64,000 bases of DNA from an uncultured Gammaproteobacteria bacterium. GTDB taxonomy: Bacteria; Patescibacteriota; Microgenomatia; Daviesbacterales; UBA10151. Below the pieces are notes generated by a model. That model was not told the origin of the DNA and did not search any database. It saw only the letters and a list, made by a program, of their open reading frames with translations. The stretch is taken from assembly GCA_964524895.1 (NCBI GenBank), contig CAZGFG010000005.1, positions 5,976 to 69,975 on the forward strand, written 5' to 3'. Positions 34,617 to 44,115 of this stretch are shown piece after piece (position 1 is the stretch's first letter; every line of letters begins with the position of its first letter). A program made the position numbers and the translations under genes.

Positions 34617-36350
34617 ATGAGAGTAAGCATCAATTGGCTACAAGAATTAGTTGATCTTAAGGTTCCTGTCGAGGAGCTTATCCGCCTATTGCCTCTTCGG
34701 ACAATTGCTGTCAAGGACACCACTAAGGACTATATTGAGCTGGATATGAAAGGTTACAACCGAGCCGATTTACTTTCCCTAAGAGGGGTGGCTTATGAAA
34801 TCGCGGCAATCACCAATTCCCAAATTAAATTTGAAGATTTGAATATCTCTGAATCAGAGCTGCCTAAGAATAGCTCGGAGAAGATTAAACCACCTGTAAA
34901 AACTGTTGTGGAAAATCCCGATGATTGTCTGCTTTACTTTTTAGTTCGGATAGAAGGATTAACGATTGAGCCGGCACCCCTGGGGTGGCAGGCTAAGTTG
35001 GAGAACTCGGGTATTAGGTCAATTAATAATGTCACCGATGTGACAAATCTAGTCATGCTGGAGTATGGCCAACCGCTTCATGCTTTTAACTCATCTTATG
35101 TAAAAGACCAAACAATAATAGTCAGATCTGCCAAAGCAGGTGAGAAGCTAACTACCTTGGATCAAAAAAACAGATCCTTAGAGCCGGGAGATATTTTAAT
35201 TACAGATCAGGAGAAAATTCTGGGCCTTGGAGGCATCATGGGTGGCAAGGATAGCGAGATCCCGGATAGTGGTGAAGTTACGGTACTGCTAGAAGCTGCC
35301 ATTTTCAACCCAATACAAATTAGAAAAACCGCTGCCAGATTAGCATTGCAATCGGAAGCTTCCAAGAGGTTTTACCATGGTTTGACCAAAAGAAGGTTAA
35401 TAAAAGCACTTGATGTGGCACTAAGGATGTACCAGCAACTTGGTGGGCAAGTTACAACCATATCAAGAACCGGAAAAATTGAGGATGAGCCGTTACCGAC
35501 TATCAAACTAAGTTCGGAAAAAATTAATCAATTAATTGGCATCGAAGTTACTGCCAATGAGGTTGAAGGATATTTAAAAAAGCTGCATTTTAATCTTGAG
35601 CCCAATACTGAAGGCTGGATAGTGACCCCTCCATATTGGAGGTTAGATATTAGTATTGAAGAAGATTTAATTGAAGAAATTGCCAGGATGTATGGCTATG
35701 AGAAAATTCCCGCCAACCCTTTAAAAGGAGAGCTTCCTTCAAAAATTGACCAATCGCTCTTTGAAACAACTTCAAAAATAAAAAACAAACTGGTGGATTT
35801 AGGGTTAACCGAACTGCAAACATACTCATTTTTCAGTACCCGTGTTTTAACAAGTCTGGGTTGGGATAAACAACCGAAGCTGTTGGTCAAAATTGCCAAC
35901 CCAATCTCTAAAGAAACCGAATATCTAAGAATGAATATATGGCCAAATCTGGTAGAAGTAATTGCCAAAAACAGGGAGTTTGAGGATGTGGGTATTTTTG
36001 AATTTGGCAAAGTCTTCAACCCTATAGCAGGCGATAAACCTAAAGAGAGTTATGTATTAAGTATCGCTTTAAGTAATCTCACGGACAATCCTTTGGCAGA
36101 GCTGTATCAAATAGCACAAAAATTGTTCGAACAAATTAATCCCTCAATTAAAATCAGCAGGGAGAAACCGCCCGTAGAGATACCATTATTCCACCCCAAC
36201 CGTTTGTTACCCGTTATGCTTGGTGATAAAAGAATCGGGGCAGTAGGAGAAGTCCATCCAAGGATTTTGGATAAATTCGGTATACAAAAAAGGGTTGCAG
36301 TTTTGGAAATAGATCTGGAAGAATTAATTAAGGTAGAATCCGGGATCTGA
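34617..36350 (+). CDS. pheT: Phenylalanine--tRNA ligase beta subunit (short form, 577 aa)
   Basis: MRVSINWLQELVDLKVP... B1 N-terminus and B3/4, B5 and core-like regions. ~220 aa shorter than E. coli PheT, so some appended domains (e.g. C-terminal anticodon-binding) are probably absent. Confidence 0.85.
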   Translation: MRVSINWLQELVDLKVPVEELIRLLPLRTIAVKDTTKDYIELDMKGYNRADLLSLRGVAYEIAAITNSQIKFEDLNISESELPKNSSEKIKPPVKTVVENPDDCLLYFLVRIEGLTIEPAPLGWQAKLENSGIRSINNVTDVTNLVMLEYGQPLHAFNSSYVKDQTIIVRSAKAGEKLTTLDQKNRSLEPGDILITDQEKILGLGGIMGGKDSEIPDSGEVTVLLEAAIFNPIQIRKTAARLALQSEASKRFYHGLTKRRLIKALDVALRMYQQLGGQVTTISRTGKIEDEPLPTIKLSSEKINQLIGIEVTANEVEGYLKKLHFNLEPNTEGWIVTPPYWRLDISIEEDLIEEIARMYGYEKIPANPLKGELPSKIDQSLFETTSKIKNKLVDLGLTELQTYSFFSTRVLTSLGWDKQPKLLVKIANPISKETEYLRMNIWPNLVEVIAKNREFEDVGIFEFGKVFNPIAGDKPKESYVLSIALSNLTDNPLAELYQIAQKLFEQINPSIKISREKPPVEIPLFHPNRLLPVMLGDKRIGAVGEVHPRILDKFGIQKRVAVLEIDLEELIKVESGI

Positions 36351-36627
36351 TTTGAGTTAGTCGGGTAATCGAACTCCCTTTTGCATTCCTTCCGGTCTCT
36401 TCTGTCAACCATTCATATACTTCAGGATATTTATGTTCAGTTCTATTAAGCAGAACGGTCACTTTACCTATAGCTTCTCTAAGAGGTCTTTTATTGAGTT
36501 TTACTTGAAACAAATAGGCTTCTATCCTGGCGGGGACACGAACAAAAGGATCCTTAACGGCCCTATCTAAAACTACACGAAGCGCCTCTTCGTAACTTCT
36601 TGATTCTTTTACTTCTCGCTCTGCCAT
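36328..36627 (-). CDS. Hypothetical small protein (99 aa) downstream of the PBP gene; overlaps the pheT 3' end by 22 nt
   Basis: ORF only; basic/helical composition; no motif recognised. Confidence 0.3.
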   Translation of the reverse strand: MAEREVKESRSYEEALRVVLDRAVKDPFVRVPARIEAYLFQVKLNKRPLREAIGKVTVLLNRTEHKYPEVYEWLTEETGRNAKGSSITRLTQIRSRILP

Positions 36628-36704
36628 AAATCAAATAACCTGCCTTCTGGGCAGGTCCTTGAGCTCATGCTAGCAAATGTTTATCATAAAAGCAACTGGC
36701 CAAA

Positions 36705-39317
36705 TTAAAGCGCAACAGTTACCCCAATGGCTGTAGAAAAATTGCCACCATTGTTATCTTCCAGCGTTGCAGTGATAGTGTGTGAACCTTTATCTCCTAC
36801 TGGAAACTCTACATGTAGGGCAAACGGCTCGGAGGATAGAGTAGATTTCACCGCACCATCTATTGACCAGGTTACTTTTTTCACTCCTGCAGGGGAATTA
36901 ACCGCAGCCAGCACATCAAACACTCTCGGTACATTGGCTCCATTTCCAACATTTACTATTTGAATTGCTCCGCCTCCGGCACTAAATCCGGGAACTCCCG
37001 CACAACCTTTGGTAGCTCCTACAAAGCGAGCATCAGGCGCAGTCAGTACCCAAGAATCTATCCCCACCTGCCATTTATTTGCACCCGTAGGATCATCTTC
37101 TTTGAGGACAATGACATCTTTATCATCTCCCTCCTCATTATCATTTGCCAACCGGTGAGGGTTGTTGCGGCAAACTTTGGCACGTTGATAAAAGGCAGAT
37201 TCACCATTCGGTTCCGTACCTCCAATAAAATACTCCTTCCTGGTTGGAGAACCTGGATGAGATTTACCGGACATCAATCCGTCTACCTCCAGTTGAACCA
37301 CATTTCCGGGTTTTTCAAAGGGTTCGTTCGGCTTATCCTTGATTGCTTGCCGCATAATCTTATTCCAAATTGGAGAAGCACCGGTAACACCAGAGGCAAT
37401 GGTCGTACTCATTTCCGAGTTATCGTTATTACCAACCCAAACCCCGACTACAATCGAGGGCGTATAACCAATTGTCCAGTTGTCCTTTTTTTGATCGGTT
37501 GTACCGGTTTTGACTGCTACTGTCTTACCTGGGATATTTAGAACCGAATTTGAGCCAAAGGCGGCGGTTCTAGCACCATTATCAGCGAGAATATCGGAAA
37601 TAATAAAGGTCACACTTTCATCTAATACTTTCCTGCCTTCGGAAGGTTGATACTCAAATAAAGTTTTTCCCTTGGAATCGGTAACCTTAAGAATTGAAAC
37701 CGGGTCTATCTGTTTTCCTTTATTAGCAAAAACCTCAAAAGCCGAAGTTAGATCCATCAATCTTACCTCCCGACCTCCTAAGGTTAAGCTCAATCCAACC
37801 GAATTGATATTTTCCGTCGAAGGCTCCCAACTGGTTAACCCCATCCTGTAGCCTAAATCCATAACATCTCTCACCCCTACTAAAGCAAGTGTCTTGACTG
37901 CAGGGATATTGAAAGAGTTACCCAATGCATAACGAATCTGGACAGGACCGTGGAATTGCCCGTCATAGTTTACCGGAATATAGGCAGGTTGATCACCACC
38001 AGGAAATTCTGTCTTAACGTCCATCAAAGTGTAGTTGGCTGTGTAACCTTTTTCCAAAGCCCGGGCATAGGTAATAGGTTTGGTAGCAGAACCCGGTTGG
38101 CGGTGTGAAAGTACGGCGTTAACGTTTGACTCAAAGGTACAGGTCTCACCCTCGACACAACCTGCAGGTTCGGAATCGGCGAAATAATCCTTGCTACCAA
38201 CCAATGAAAGGATTTGGCCGGTTTTGGCATCCAGCACTACAGCTGCTCCGTTACCGGCCTTGGCGCTTTTGAGTTTGTCTACCTCACTCTTGACTATCTC
38301 CTCGGCTTTTTTCTGCAGCTGGTAATCCAAGGAGGTAGTAACTCTTAAGCCTCCTTGTTCAACCATCTTGTCCCCAAACTGCTCAATCAGTTTTTGTTTG
38401 ACATATAAGACAAAGTGGGGCGACTTAAATCCGATCTCTTTTTGAGAGGTACGGTATTTAAGTTCTTCATTTGCGGCAGAATCAGCTTGGGCTTGAGTAA
38501 TATAGTCATCTTCTACCATCCGGCGCAAAACTTCTTTTTGCCTAACCTTGGCCAGCTCCGGCCTAGTTCCGTAAGGCGAATAAACAGATGGGAGTTGGGG
38601 AAGGCCCGCCAAAAGTGAAGCTTCCGCCAAATCCAAATCCTTGGCTGACTTGCCAAAATAGAGGTTGGCAGCAGCTTCTATTCCGTAGGCGGTCCCCCCA
38701 TAAGGAATCTCATTTAAATACATCTCCAGAATCTGGTCCTTGGGATAAGTCCGCTCTACCTGAATAGCTAGTATAAATTCCTTCATCTTCCGCGGGAGGG
38801 TACGTTCACCGGAAAGTAGGGCATTTTTAACCAGTTGCTGGGTAAGAGTGGAGCCACCTCCCTCAACTTTTCTGTGGATGATTAAATCAAAAGCGGAACG
38901 GGCTATACCTACTATAGAAAAACCCGGGTGTTTATAAAAATCCTTGTCTTCTATAGCAATTGTTGACTGTTTAACAACCTCCGGAATTTCATCTAATTTA
39001 ATGGGGGTGCGGTTTTGATTTTGGTAAATATCATAAAGCAGCTCACCGTTCCTGTCGTAAATTTTGGTAGATTGGGCTACATCTCTGTTGGTCAAACTTT
39101 GCGGAGAGGGTATTTGGACTGCAAAAAAGACTATAGATGAAAACAGGATCAACAGGAAAACCAAAAACACAGTCATCATTCCTGTTGATAGATTGGATAA
39201 AAATTTAAAGCGCCAGAGGCGGGAATTTTCACGGCGCAATTTCCAGGATCTAAAAGCCATAAGGAAATTATATCTTAGATAGAGGGCAGGTACAACGCTA
39301 ACAAGTACCAGAGTCAA
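36705..39317 (-). CDS. Class A penicillin-binding protein (bifunctional glycosyltransferase GT51 / transpeptidase) with ~200-aa C-terminal extension
   Basis: GT51 motifs (IEDKDFYKHPG, RKMKEFILAIQVERTYPKDQILEMYLNEIPYG); transpeptidase SxxK (GSATKP), SxN (GNSFN), KTG (KTGTT); N-terminal TM anchor. Confidence 0.9.
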   Translation of the reverse strand: MTLVLVSVVPALYLRYNFLMAFRSWKLRRENSRLWRFKFLSNLSTGMMTVFLVFLLILFSSIVFFAVQIPSPQSLTNRDVAQSTKIYDRNGELLYDIYQNQNRTPIKLDEIPEVVKQSTIAIEDKDFYKHPGFSIVGIARSAFDLIIHRKVEGGGSTLTQQLVKNALLSGERTLPRKMKEFILAIQVERTYPKDQILEMYLNEIPYGGTAYGIEAAANLYFGKSAKDLDLAEASLLAGLPQLPSVYSPYGTRPELAKVRQKEVLRRMVEDDYITQAQADSAANEELKYRTSQKEIGFKSPHFVLYVKQKLIEQFGDKMVEQGGLRVTTSLDYQLQKKAEEIVKSEVDKLKSAKAGNGAAVVLDAKTGQILSLVGSKDYFADSEPAGCVEGETCTFESNVNAVLSHRQPGSATKPITYARALEKGYTANYTLMDVKTEFPGGDQPAYIPVNYDGQFHGPVQIRYALGNSFNIPAVKTLALVGVRDVMDLGYRMGLTSWEPSTENINSVGLSLTLGGREVRLMDLTSAFEVFANKGKQIDPVSILKVTDSKGKTLFEYQPSEGRKVLDESVTFIISDILADNGARTAAFGSNSVLNIPGKTVAVKTGTTDQKKDNWTIGYTPSIVVGVWVGNNDNSEMSTTIASGVTGASPIWNKIMRQAIKDKPNEPFEKPGNVVQLEVDGLMSGKSHPGSPTRKEYFIGGTEPNGESAFYQRAKVCRNNPHRLANDNEEGDDKDVIVLKEDDPTGANKWQVGIDSWVLTAPDARFVGATKGCAGVPGFSAGGGAIQIVNVGNGANVPRVFDVLAAVNSPAGVKKVTWSIDGAVKSTLSSEPFALHVEFPVGDKGSHTITATLEDNNGGNFSTAIGVTVAL

Positions 39318-39464
39318 TAATAGTCCGCTTAGTTAACGATAGTCGCACCTTGATACCATTTTTGGGCTTTGAAGAGTTAAATGTATATCGACAATTAACT
39401 AATTAATCTGTCTTCTGAGAATAAATCAGTGAATTTAGATGATATACTAACCTTAATTTGATAT

Positions 39465-39965
39465 ATGACTGATTTACCATCAAAATCATTTAATCCATTT
39501 ACTCTGATTTATTTAACTCAAAATAATAAGGTTTTACTTATGAAGCGTAACTCCTCAAAAAAACTTCTCGCCTCTAAATTAGTTGGGCTGGGTGGAAAAA
39601 TAGAGAAGGATGAAGATATACTTACTTCCGCAAAGAGAGAGTTTTTAGAAGAAACAGGATTGGAACTATTAAACCCAATCTTTAAAGGGACATATACCTG
39701 GATCGATAACAATTTTATTGGAATCTCTCATTTAATCGTATCTAAGGAATATAAAGGAAGGCTTTTAGAAGAAAGTTCCGAAGGGATACTTGCTTGGTAT
39801 AAAATTAATGAATTAGATGATCTACAGGATTTAGCTGCTTATCAAAAAAACTTTTTGCCGGAAATTCTTAAAACTGATAATTATGTTTATACAGGAATTG
39901 GAATTTTTGATAATGATACTTTAATTACTTATACCGATACAAAAGAATATTTTAGGAAAAAATAA
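39465..39965 (+). CDS. NUDIX hydrolase
   Basis: Nudix box GGKIEKDEDILTSAKREFLEETGL (Gx5Ex7REUxEExGU). Confidence 0.8.
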   Translation: MTDLPSKSFNPFTLIYLTQNNKVLLMKRNSSKKLLASKLVGLGGKIEKDEDILTSAKREFLEETGLELLNPIFKGTYTWIDNNFIGISHLIVSKEYKGRLLEESSEGILAWYKINELDDLQDLAAYQKNFLPEILKTDNYVYTGIGIFDNDTLITYTDTKEYFRKK

Positions 39966-40346
39966 AATTATTGAGGTAGCCAAAGATTTCTGGGAAGAGT
40001 GAACGGTGTTGGAAAAGGAAGTGTTTCTGAATTTTTATTAGCCGATTCTGAATTAAATTTGACACGAGGTGTTCGCTATACCTCATGACCACCTGGGATG
40101 ATTGAGACAAATGGGAAAATGGAACACTAGAGGAAAAAAGGACAATTTTAAACGCAATTGGAGTTAAGATTGTCTTAAGGAACAAAACCCTGGATATTTA
40201 CCCACGCTCAATGATGAGTAAGCTACAAGAGCACAATGCTTTACCCTCTTCGGGTTCGATTATTGAGAGTTCTGTCCGCCTGGTAGACGCTGTTCGAACC
40301 CTGATCCCTGGTTTACCATTTGAAGAATTAGCAATATATAGACAAC

Positions 40347-40928
40347 TTATTTATTGATTAGGGGTTTCTTTATTCGATAAACAGTATGACCGTTTCTCTT
40401 TTTTACTTCCTTCATATTTAATTCGTTCTTACGGCCAACTTTTGGAATTAAGCGATTTAGAGCATTTATCACCACAATCCAAAGCTCTCCTCCCGGGTTA
40501 AGGTGTTTATATGAGGTTAAAATAAAATCCTGAGTGATCGCCTCGTCACCAATTTTGGCTGGGATGTTAGACATGATAAGATCAAAGGTTTTATCCATAA
40601 CTTGCTCCATCCCTACACTCCCACTAACAGTTGCATTTTTAACATTATTTTTCTCTATATTATTTTTGGTATAGCGGACAGCAAGTAAGTTGACATCTAG
40701 CATAGTAACTTGGGCTTGAGGATTTTTTCTGGCGAGGATTATTCCTATTGGACCATAACCACACCCCAAATCAAGAATAGTCTTAGGTCTATTTGGAATT
40801 AGAGCACGCAGCAATATATCGGTTCCATGATCCATCTCAAAGGTTGAGAACAATGTATTTGCCACATCAAATTTAAACTTTTCCCCTTGAAAAGGATAAA
40901 CAATTTCTTTTTTAAAATACATATCCAT
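40347..40928 (-). CDS. Class I SAM-dependent methyltransferase (RsmC/RlmG-like small-domain rRNA methyltransferase)
   Basis: ILDLGCGYGPIGIILA (motif I GxGxG) ...MLDVN (motif II) ...SNIP-type motif IV (IMSNIPAKIG). Confidence 0.7.
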   Translation of the reverse strand: MDMYFKKEIVYPFQGEKFKFDVANTLFSTFEMDHGTDILLRALIPNRPKTILDLGCGYGPIGIILARKNPQAQVTMLDVNLLAVRYTKNNIEKNNVKNATVSGSVGMEQVMDKTFDLIMSNIPAKIGDEAITQDFILTSYKHLNPGGELWIVVINALNRLIPKVGRKNELNMKEVKKRNGHTVYRIKKPLINK

Positions 40929-40977
40929 GCGGAAATTATAACAGGAATAAAGTTAATTCATCAACTATAGGGTGAAG

Positions 40978-41060
40978 TCCAGAGGGAAGGATTCGAACCT
41001 TCGAAGGCATAAGCCAGCTGATTTACAGTCAGCCCCCGTTGGCCACTTGGGTACCTCTGG
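40978..41060 (-). tRNA. tRNA-Tyr (anticodon GTA), long variable arm
   Basis: Reverse complement: CCAGAGG-TA-CCC-AAGTGGCCAAC-GGG-G-GCTGA-CTGTAAA-TCAGC-TGGCTTATGCCTTC-GAAGG-TTCGAAT-CCTTC-CCTCTGG-A; unusual C1-G72 first pair. Confidence 0.7.
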
Positions 41061-41185
41061 TTGATATGATGAATTATATCAAATATCTTTGATATCAAGG
41101 TAAGGAGTTATTGCAATTGACTACTCTGCCACCTCCGGTCGTATATTATCTTGGGTATTATACCTTAAATTAAGGTTGGATTAAA

Positions 41186-41335
41186 CTAACGAAGGTGAGA
41201 TAAGGCTGCCATTAAAAATACCAGGACAAAAGATGCTCCAAAAGCTACCAATCCGCTTTTTCGAAACTCTATTTTCCCAACTAATTGGTTTAAAGACAAG
41301 GTAATTATTTTGGGGGAGAAGTCCTTTTTAGACAT
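41186..41335 (-). CDS. Possible 49-aa small membrane protein between atpC and tRNA-Tyr
   Basis: ATG...TAG ORF: MSKKDFSPKIITLSLNQLVGKIEFRKSGLVAFGASFVLVFLMAALSHLR; one hydrophobic helix; below the 60-aa ORF-track cutoff. Confidence 0.25.
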   Translation of the reverse strand: MSKKDFSPKIITLSLNQLVGKIEFRKSGLVAFGASFVLVFLMAALSHLR

Positions 41336-41382
41336 TTATTTATTATTCCCACAATATGTTGGAGAAGTCAAGTAGAAGTACA

Positions 41383-41793
41383 TCAGCGGACCCGGTGGCG
41401 CCGTTTAATCCTAAGTTGTGCCAGAGATTTTTCCAAAACAGCTAAAGTTTCCGCATACTCTTCATCGGATAATTTTTGTTCCAAAGCAGCCTCCGCTCTC
41501 TTTTTTGCTTCCTCAACAACCCTCTCATCTATGTCTGCAGCATAGGTTGCCAAATCTGTCATGACAGTTAAGACATTATCCGTCATTTGCAAAAATCCCT
41601 CCCCCACAGCCATAGATTCTACTTTATCACCTTTTTTTATCTTCAATTCACCCGGGACAAGCTTAGCCATCAAGTTGGCATGGTGGGGAAGTATCCCAAG
41701 CTCACCATCTGCAGAAGGAACTGTTACCATATTAACCTCACCACTGAAAACTTCTTTCTCCGGAGTTACAATCTTTAAATTCATCTGACTCAT
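41383..41793 (-). CDS. atpC: ATP synthase F1 epsilon subunit, separated from atpD by a 3.4-kb insertion
   Basis: MSQMNLKIVTPEKEVFSGEVNMVTVPSADGELGILPHHANLMAKL is a typical epsilon N-terminal beta-sandwich; 136 aa. Confidence 0.85.
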   Translation of the reverse strand: MSQMNLKIVTPEKEVFSGEVNMVTVPSADGELGILPHHANLMAKLVPGELKIKKGDKVESMAVGEGFLQMTDNVLTVMTDLATYAADIDERVVEEAKKRAEAALEQKLSDEEYAETLAVLEKSLAQLRIKRRHRVR

Positions 41794-41853
41794 GAAAAGT
41801 ATTATACCTTATTGGGCTTGATCAGATAAAGGAATTGTTATAATATCTGCGTC

Positions 41854-42219
41854 ATGGCACACACATGTAAGGGATTTATAGCCACCTGTATAGACTATAG
41901 ACTTCAACAATACCTGGAAGACTGGGCACGCAAACAGTTTGGTGAGAAAAATTATGACAGGGTAACTTGGGCCGGAGGAGTTCAAGATCTGGATGGAATT
42001 TTGAAACAGCTTTCAATTTCAGTCAAACTCCACCATATTAATAGAGCTGTGTTTGTAAACCATGAAGACTGCGGAGCCTATCGGGAAGCGGGGACAGAAG
42101 AAAAACATGCACAGGATTTGAAAAATGCAGCTGCAGAAGTTAAAAAACAGTTTCCAAATCTGTCTGTAGAAACCTATTATCTTAAGCTTGACGGCACCTT
42201 CCAACCTATTTCTTCCTAG
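41854..42219 (+). CDS. Small beta-carbonic-anhydrase-like protein (121 aa)
   Basis: Contains CIDYR (CxDxR) and HEDCGA (HxxCG) at the spacing expected for beta-CA zinc ligands, but is ~80 aa shorter than canonical beta-CAs. Confidence 0.4.
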   Translation: MAHTCKGFIATCIDYRLQQYLEDWARKQFGEKNYDRVTWAGGVQDLDGILKQLSISVKLHHINRAVFVNHEDCGAYREAGTEEKHAQDLKNAAAEVKKQFPNLSVETYYLKLDGTFQPISS

Positions 42220-42894
42220 ATCCTTACCTGTTTCTGCCTATTTATTTTGATTTTATCTTAAATTCCTGCTAAAATATGCATTCAAAATCGCATTAAAAAA
42301 TTATGACAGTTTTAGAACTAGAAAGACCAGTAGTTATAGAGGGACAGAGGCCTGACAGGGTGGGGCTGCCACACGCTGCAAATCCTTTCCCTGGTGCTCC
42401 CAGGACCAAGTTTGTTGATATAATACACCCTCAAACCAGAAGAGAGTTGTGTATATCTCAACACCATCAACCCCTTGTACCTAGTGATCCGGATTATCTG
42501 CAAAGCTGCATGGATAGCCCTTGCTTGGAAACAGCCAAACCCTATAACCCAAATAGCTCCTCTTGATACAACCAGTTCATAGATTGTATCTTGAAATTCT
42601 CCTTTTAAAGGTGCAGATTAGACATTGGAATGAATGAAATAAAAAAATTGAAGGGGATATTTTGGAAATTGCCACAAAACACAGATTGAAGAGGAAAAAG
42701 GAGGCTCCACAAAAATTGGGAGAGATTTTAGATGAAGGAGAATCTTGGTATAAGCTTAAACCTACCAAAATAGAATTAATCTATGAACCAAAATGGGGAT
42801 TTACCAAACAAATCCTTAACCTGAAACCTTGACATCAAAACTACGCTACCCTATAGTTTGATTTCCAGTTATAATATTGCTACAATCATAAGTT

Positions 42895-43395
42895 ATGGGC
42901 CTAGAGATTAGAACTACACCAGATCCAATATTATTCATCCGACAAGATCCAGTCACCGCAGAACAATTGGCTTCTGATAAGGTGCAGAAATTAATAGGAG
43001 ATATGGTAGACTTTGTTATAGATTATTCTGGAATAGTAGGACTCGCGGCAAATCAAGTAGGCTACAATTTAAGAATTATAGTTGCCTATTCAGGTGAGTT
43101 TGATTTTACAGCTTTTATAAATCCGGAAATTATTGAAAGATCGAGTTTGCTTAGAGCAGATTTTGAAGGGTGCTTAAGTCTACCTGGCCAACGGCTCTTG
43201 ATCCCCAGACCTGAAGCTATAGTTCTTAGAGCACTAGACAGAGACGGAAGATTGGTTGAAGGTAGATACCGGGATTTCCCTGCAAGAGTCATCCAACATG
43301 AGACAGATCACATAAATGGAATTTTGATCAGTCAACGTGTAGTGAATCCAAGATTACAATTTGCAGAGGATTTAACCCTAAGCTTGCCTTCTTAA
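42895..43395 (+). CDS. def: Peptide deformylase
   Basis: All three PDF motifs: GLAANQVG, EGCLS, QHETDH. Confidence 0.9.
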   Translation: MGLEIRTTPDPILFIRQDPVTAEQLASDKVQKLIGDMVDFVIDYSGIVGLAANQVGYNLRIIVAYSGEFDFTAFINPEIIERSSLLRADFEGCLSLPGQRLLIPRPEAIVLRALDRDGRLVEGRYRDFPARVIQHETDHINGILISQRVVNPRLQFAEDLTLSLPS

Positions 43396-43487
43396 AATCC
43401 TCTTGCTTCCCATCTTACAAAAGTGCAAATTCCGAATGCTGCACTGCGCAAAGGTATAGATTCCTTTTCCTCTGGTTACAACAACTC

Positions 43488-43498
43488 GCTATAGCGTT
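43488..43498. promoter_or_regulatory. Palindrome TCGCTATAGCG ~48 nt upstream of the PaaX/Cas2-fold gene (candidate operator)
   Basis: Perfect dyad; a longer copy, ATCGCTATAGCGAT, abuts the stop codon of the same gene at 44102-44115. Confidence 0.35.
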
Positions 43499-43544
43499 AC
43501 GTTGTCCCCGGAAAGTGCTATTATAAAATTGATACCTAATAAAT

Positions 43545-44102
43545 ATGAATGTCCGCACCCGGGATGTTCTGAAAGTAATCGGAGCCGCTACTTTGGTGGT
43601 TAGTGCCGTAACAATACCAAATTTACCCATAGCCTTAATGGCCACCTACAAAGCTTGGCAACAGTTCAATAAAAAAGACCTGGGTAGAATTATTAAAAGG
43701 CTGGAAAAACAGGAGATGATCTCTATTAAAGAGAATGGAAATAAATTATCAATTGAAGTCACTGAAAAGGGTAAAAGAAGACTTTTGGAATATGATATTG
43801 AAAATATTGAGATAAAATCTTTAAAAAGGGATGGAAAATGGAGATTAATTATTTTTGATATACCTGAAGAGAAAAGAAATAATAGGGATACCTTTAGAAG
43901 GAAACTATTACAGCTAGGTTGTATCAGGTTGCAGGATAGCATCTTTGTTTGTGCTTATCCTTGTAAAAATGAAGTTGATTTTTTGTGTAATTACTTTGAA
44001 ATATCTGATTATGTAACTTTAGTAGTAGTTGATAAAATTGAAAGGGGAGAACAATTAATTTTTAAGGAATTTATTGACTACCCGGAAGATGGGTACAGTT
44101 GA
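43545..44102 (+). CDS. wHTH + Cas2/VapD-fold protein (PaaX-family-like transcriptional regulator)
   Basis: N-terminal winged-helix-like region (LGRIIKRLEKQEMISIKENGNKLSIEVTEKGKRRLLEY). C-terminal WRLIIFDIPEEKRNNRDTFRRKLLQLGCIRLQDSIFVCAY closely parallels the Cas2 core (LVLVSYDV...RRRRKVAK.CxxFGQRVQYSVFEC) and is also found in the PaaX C-terminal domain. Confidence 0.5.
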   Translation: MNVRTRDVLKVIGAATLVVSAVTIPNLPIALMATYKAWQQFNKKDLGRIIKRLEKQEMISIKENGNKLSIEVTEKGKRRLLEYDIENIEIKSLKRDGKWRLIIFDIPEEKRNNRDTFRRKLLQLGCIRLQDSIFVCAYPCKNEVDFLCNYFEISDYVTLVVVDKIERGEQLIFKEFIDYPEDGYS

Positions 44103-44115
44103 TCGCTATAGCGAT
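44102..44115. promoter_or_regulatory. 14-nt perfect palindrome ATCGCTATAGCGAT at the 3' end of the PaaX-like gene
   Basis: Second copy of the dyad (see 43488). The flanking 36-nt imperfect direct repeats (43401-43436 and 44138-44173, ~72% identity, shared core AAAAGTGCA) bracket the gene. Confidence 0.35.

Noticed and set aside
36727-37541. Plus-strand ORFs of 78 and 193 aa
   Set aside because: They are antisense within the strongly supported class A PBP gene; the composition is low-complexity (S/T/R-rich).
42303-42566. 87-aa ORF as a protein-coding gene
   Set aside because: It is Pro-rich, has GC-rich codon usage unlike neighbouring genes and lacks an RBS; it is better interpreted as part of a structured non-coding region.
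43545-44102. Calling the Cas2-fold protein a bona fide CRISPR-associated Cas2
   Set aside because: There is no cas1, no other cas genes and no repeat array within 64 kb. The N-terminal wHTH makes a PaaX-like regulator or VapD/Cas2-fold domesticated protein more likely.
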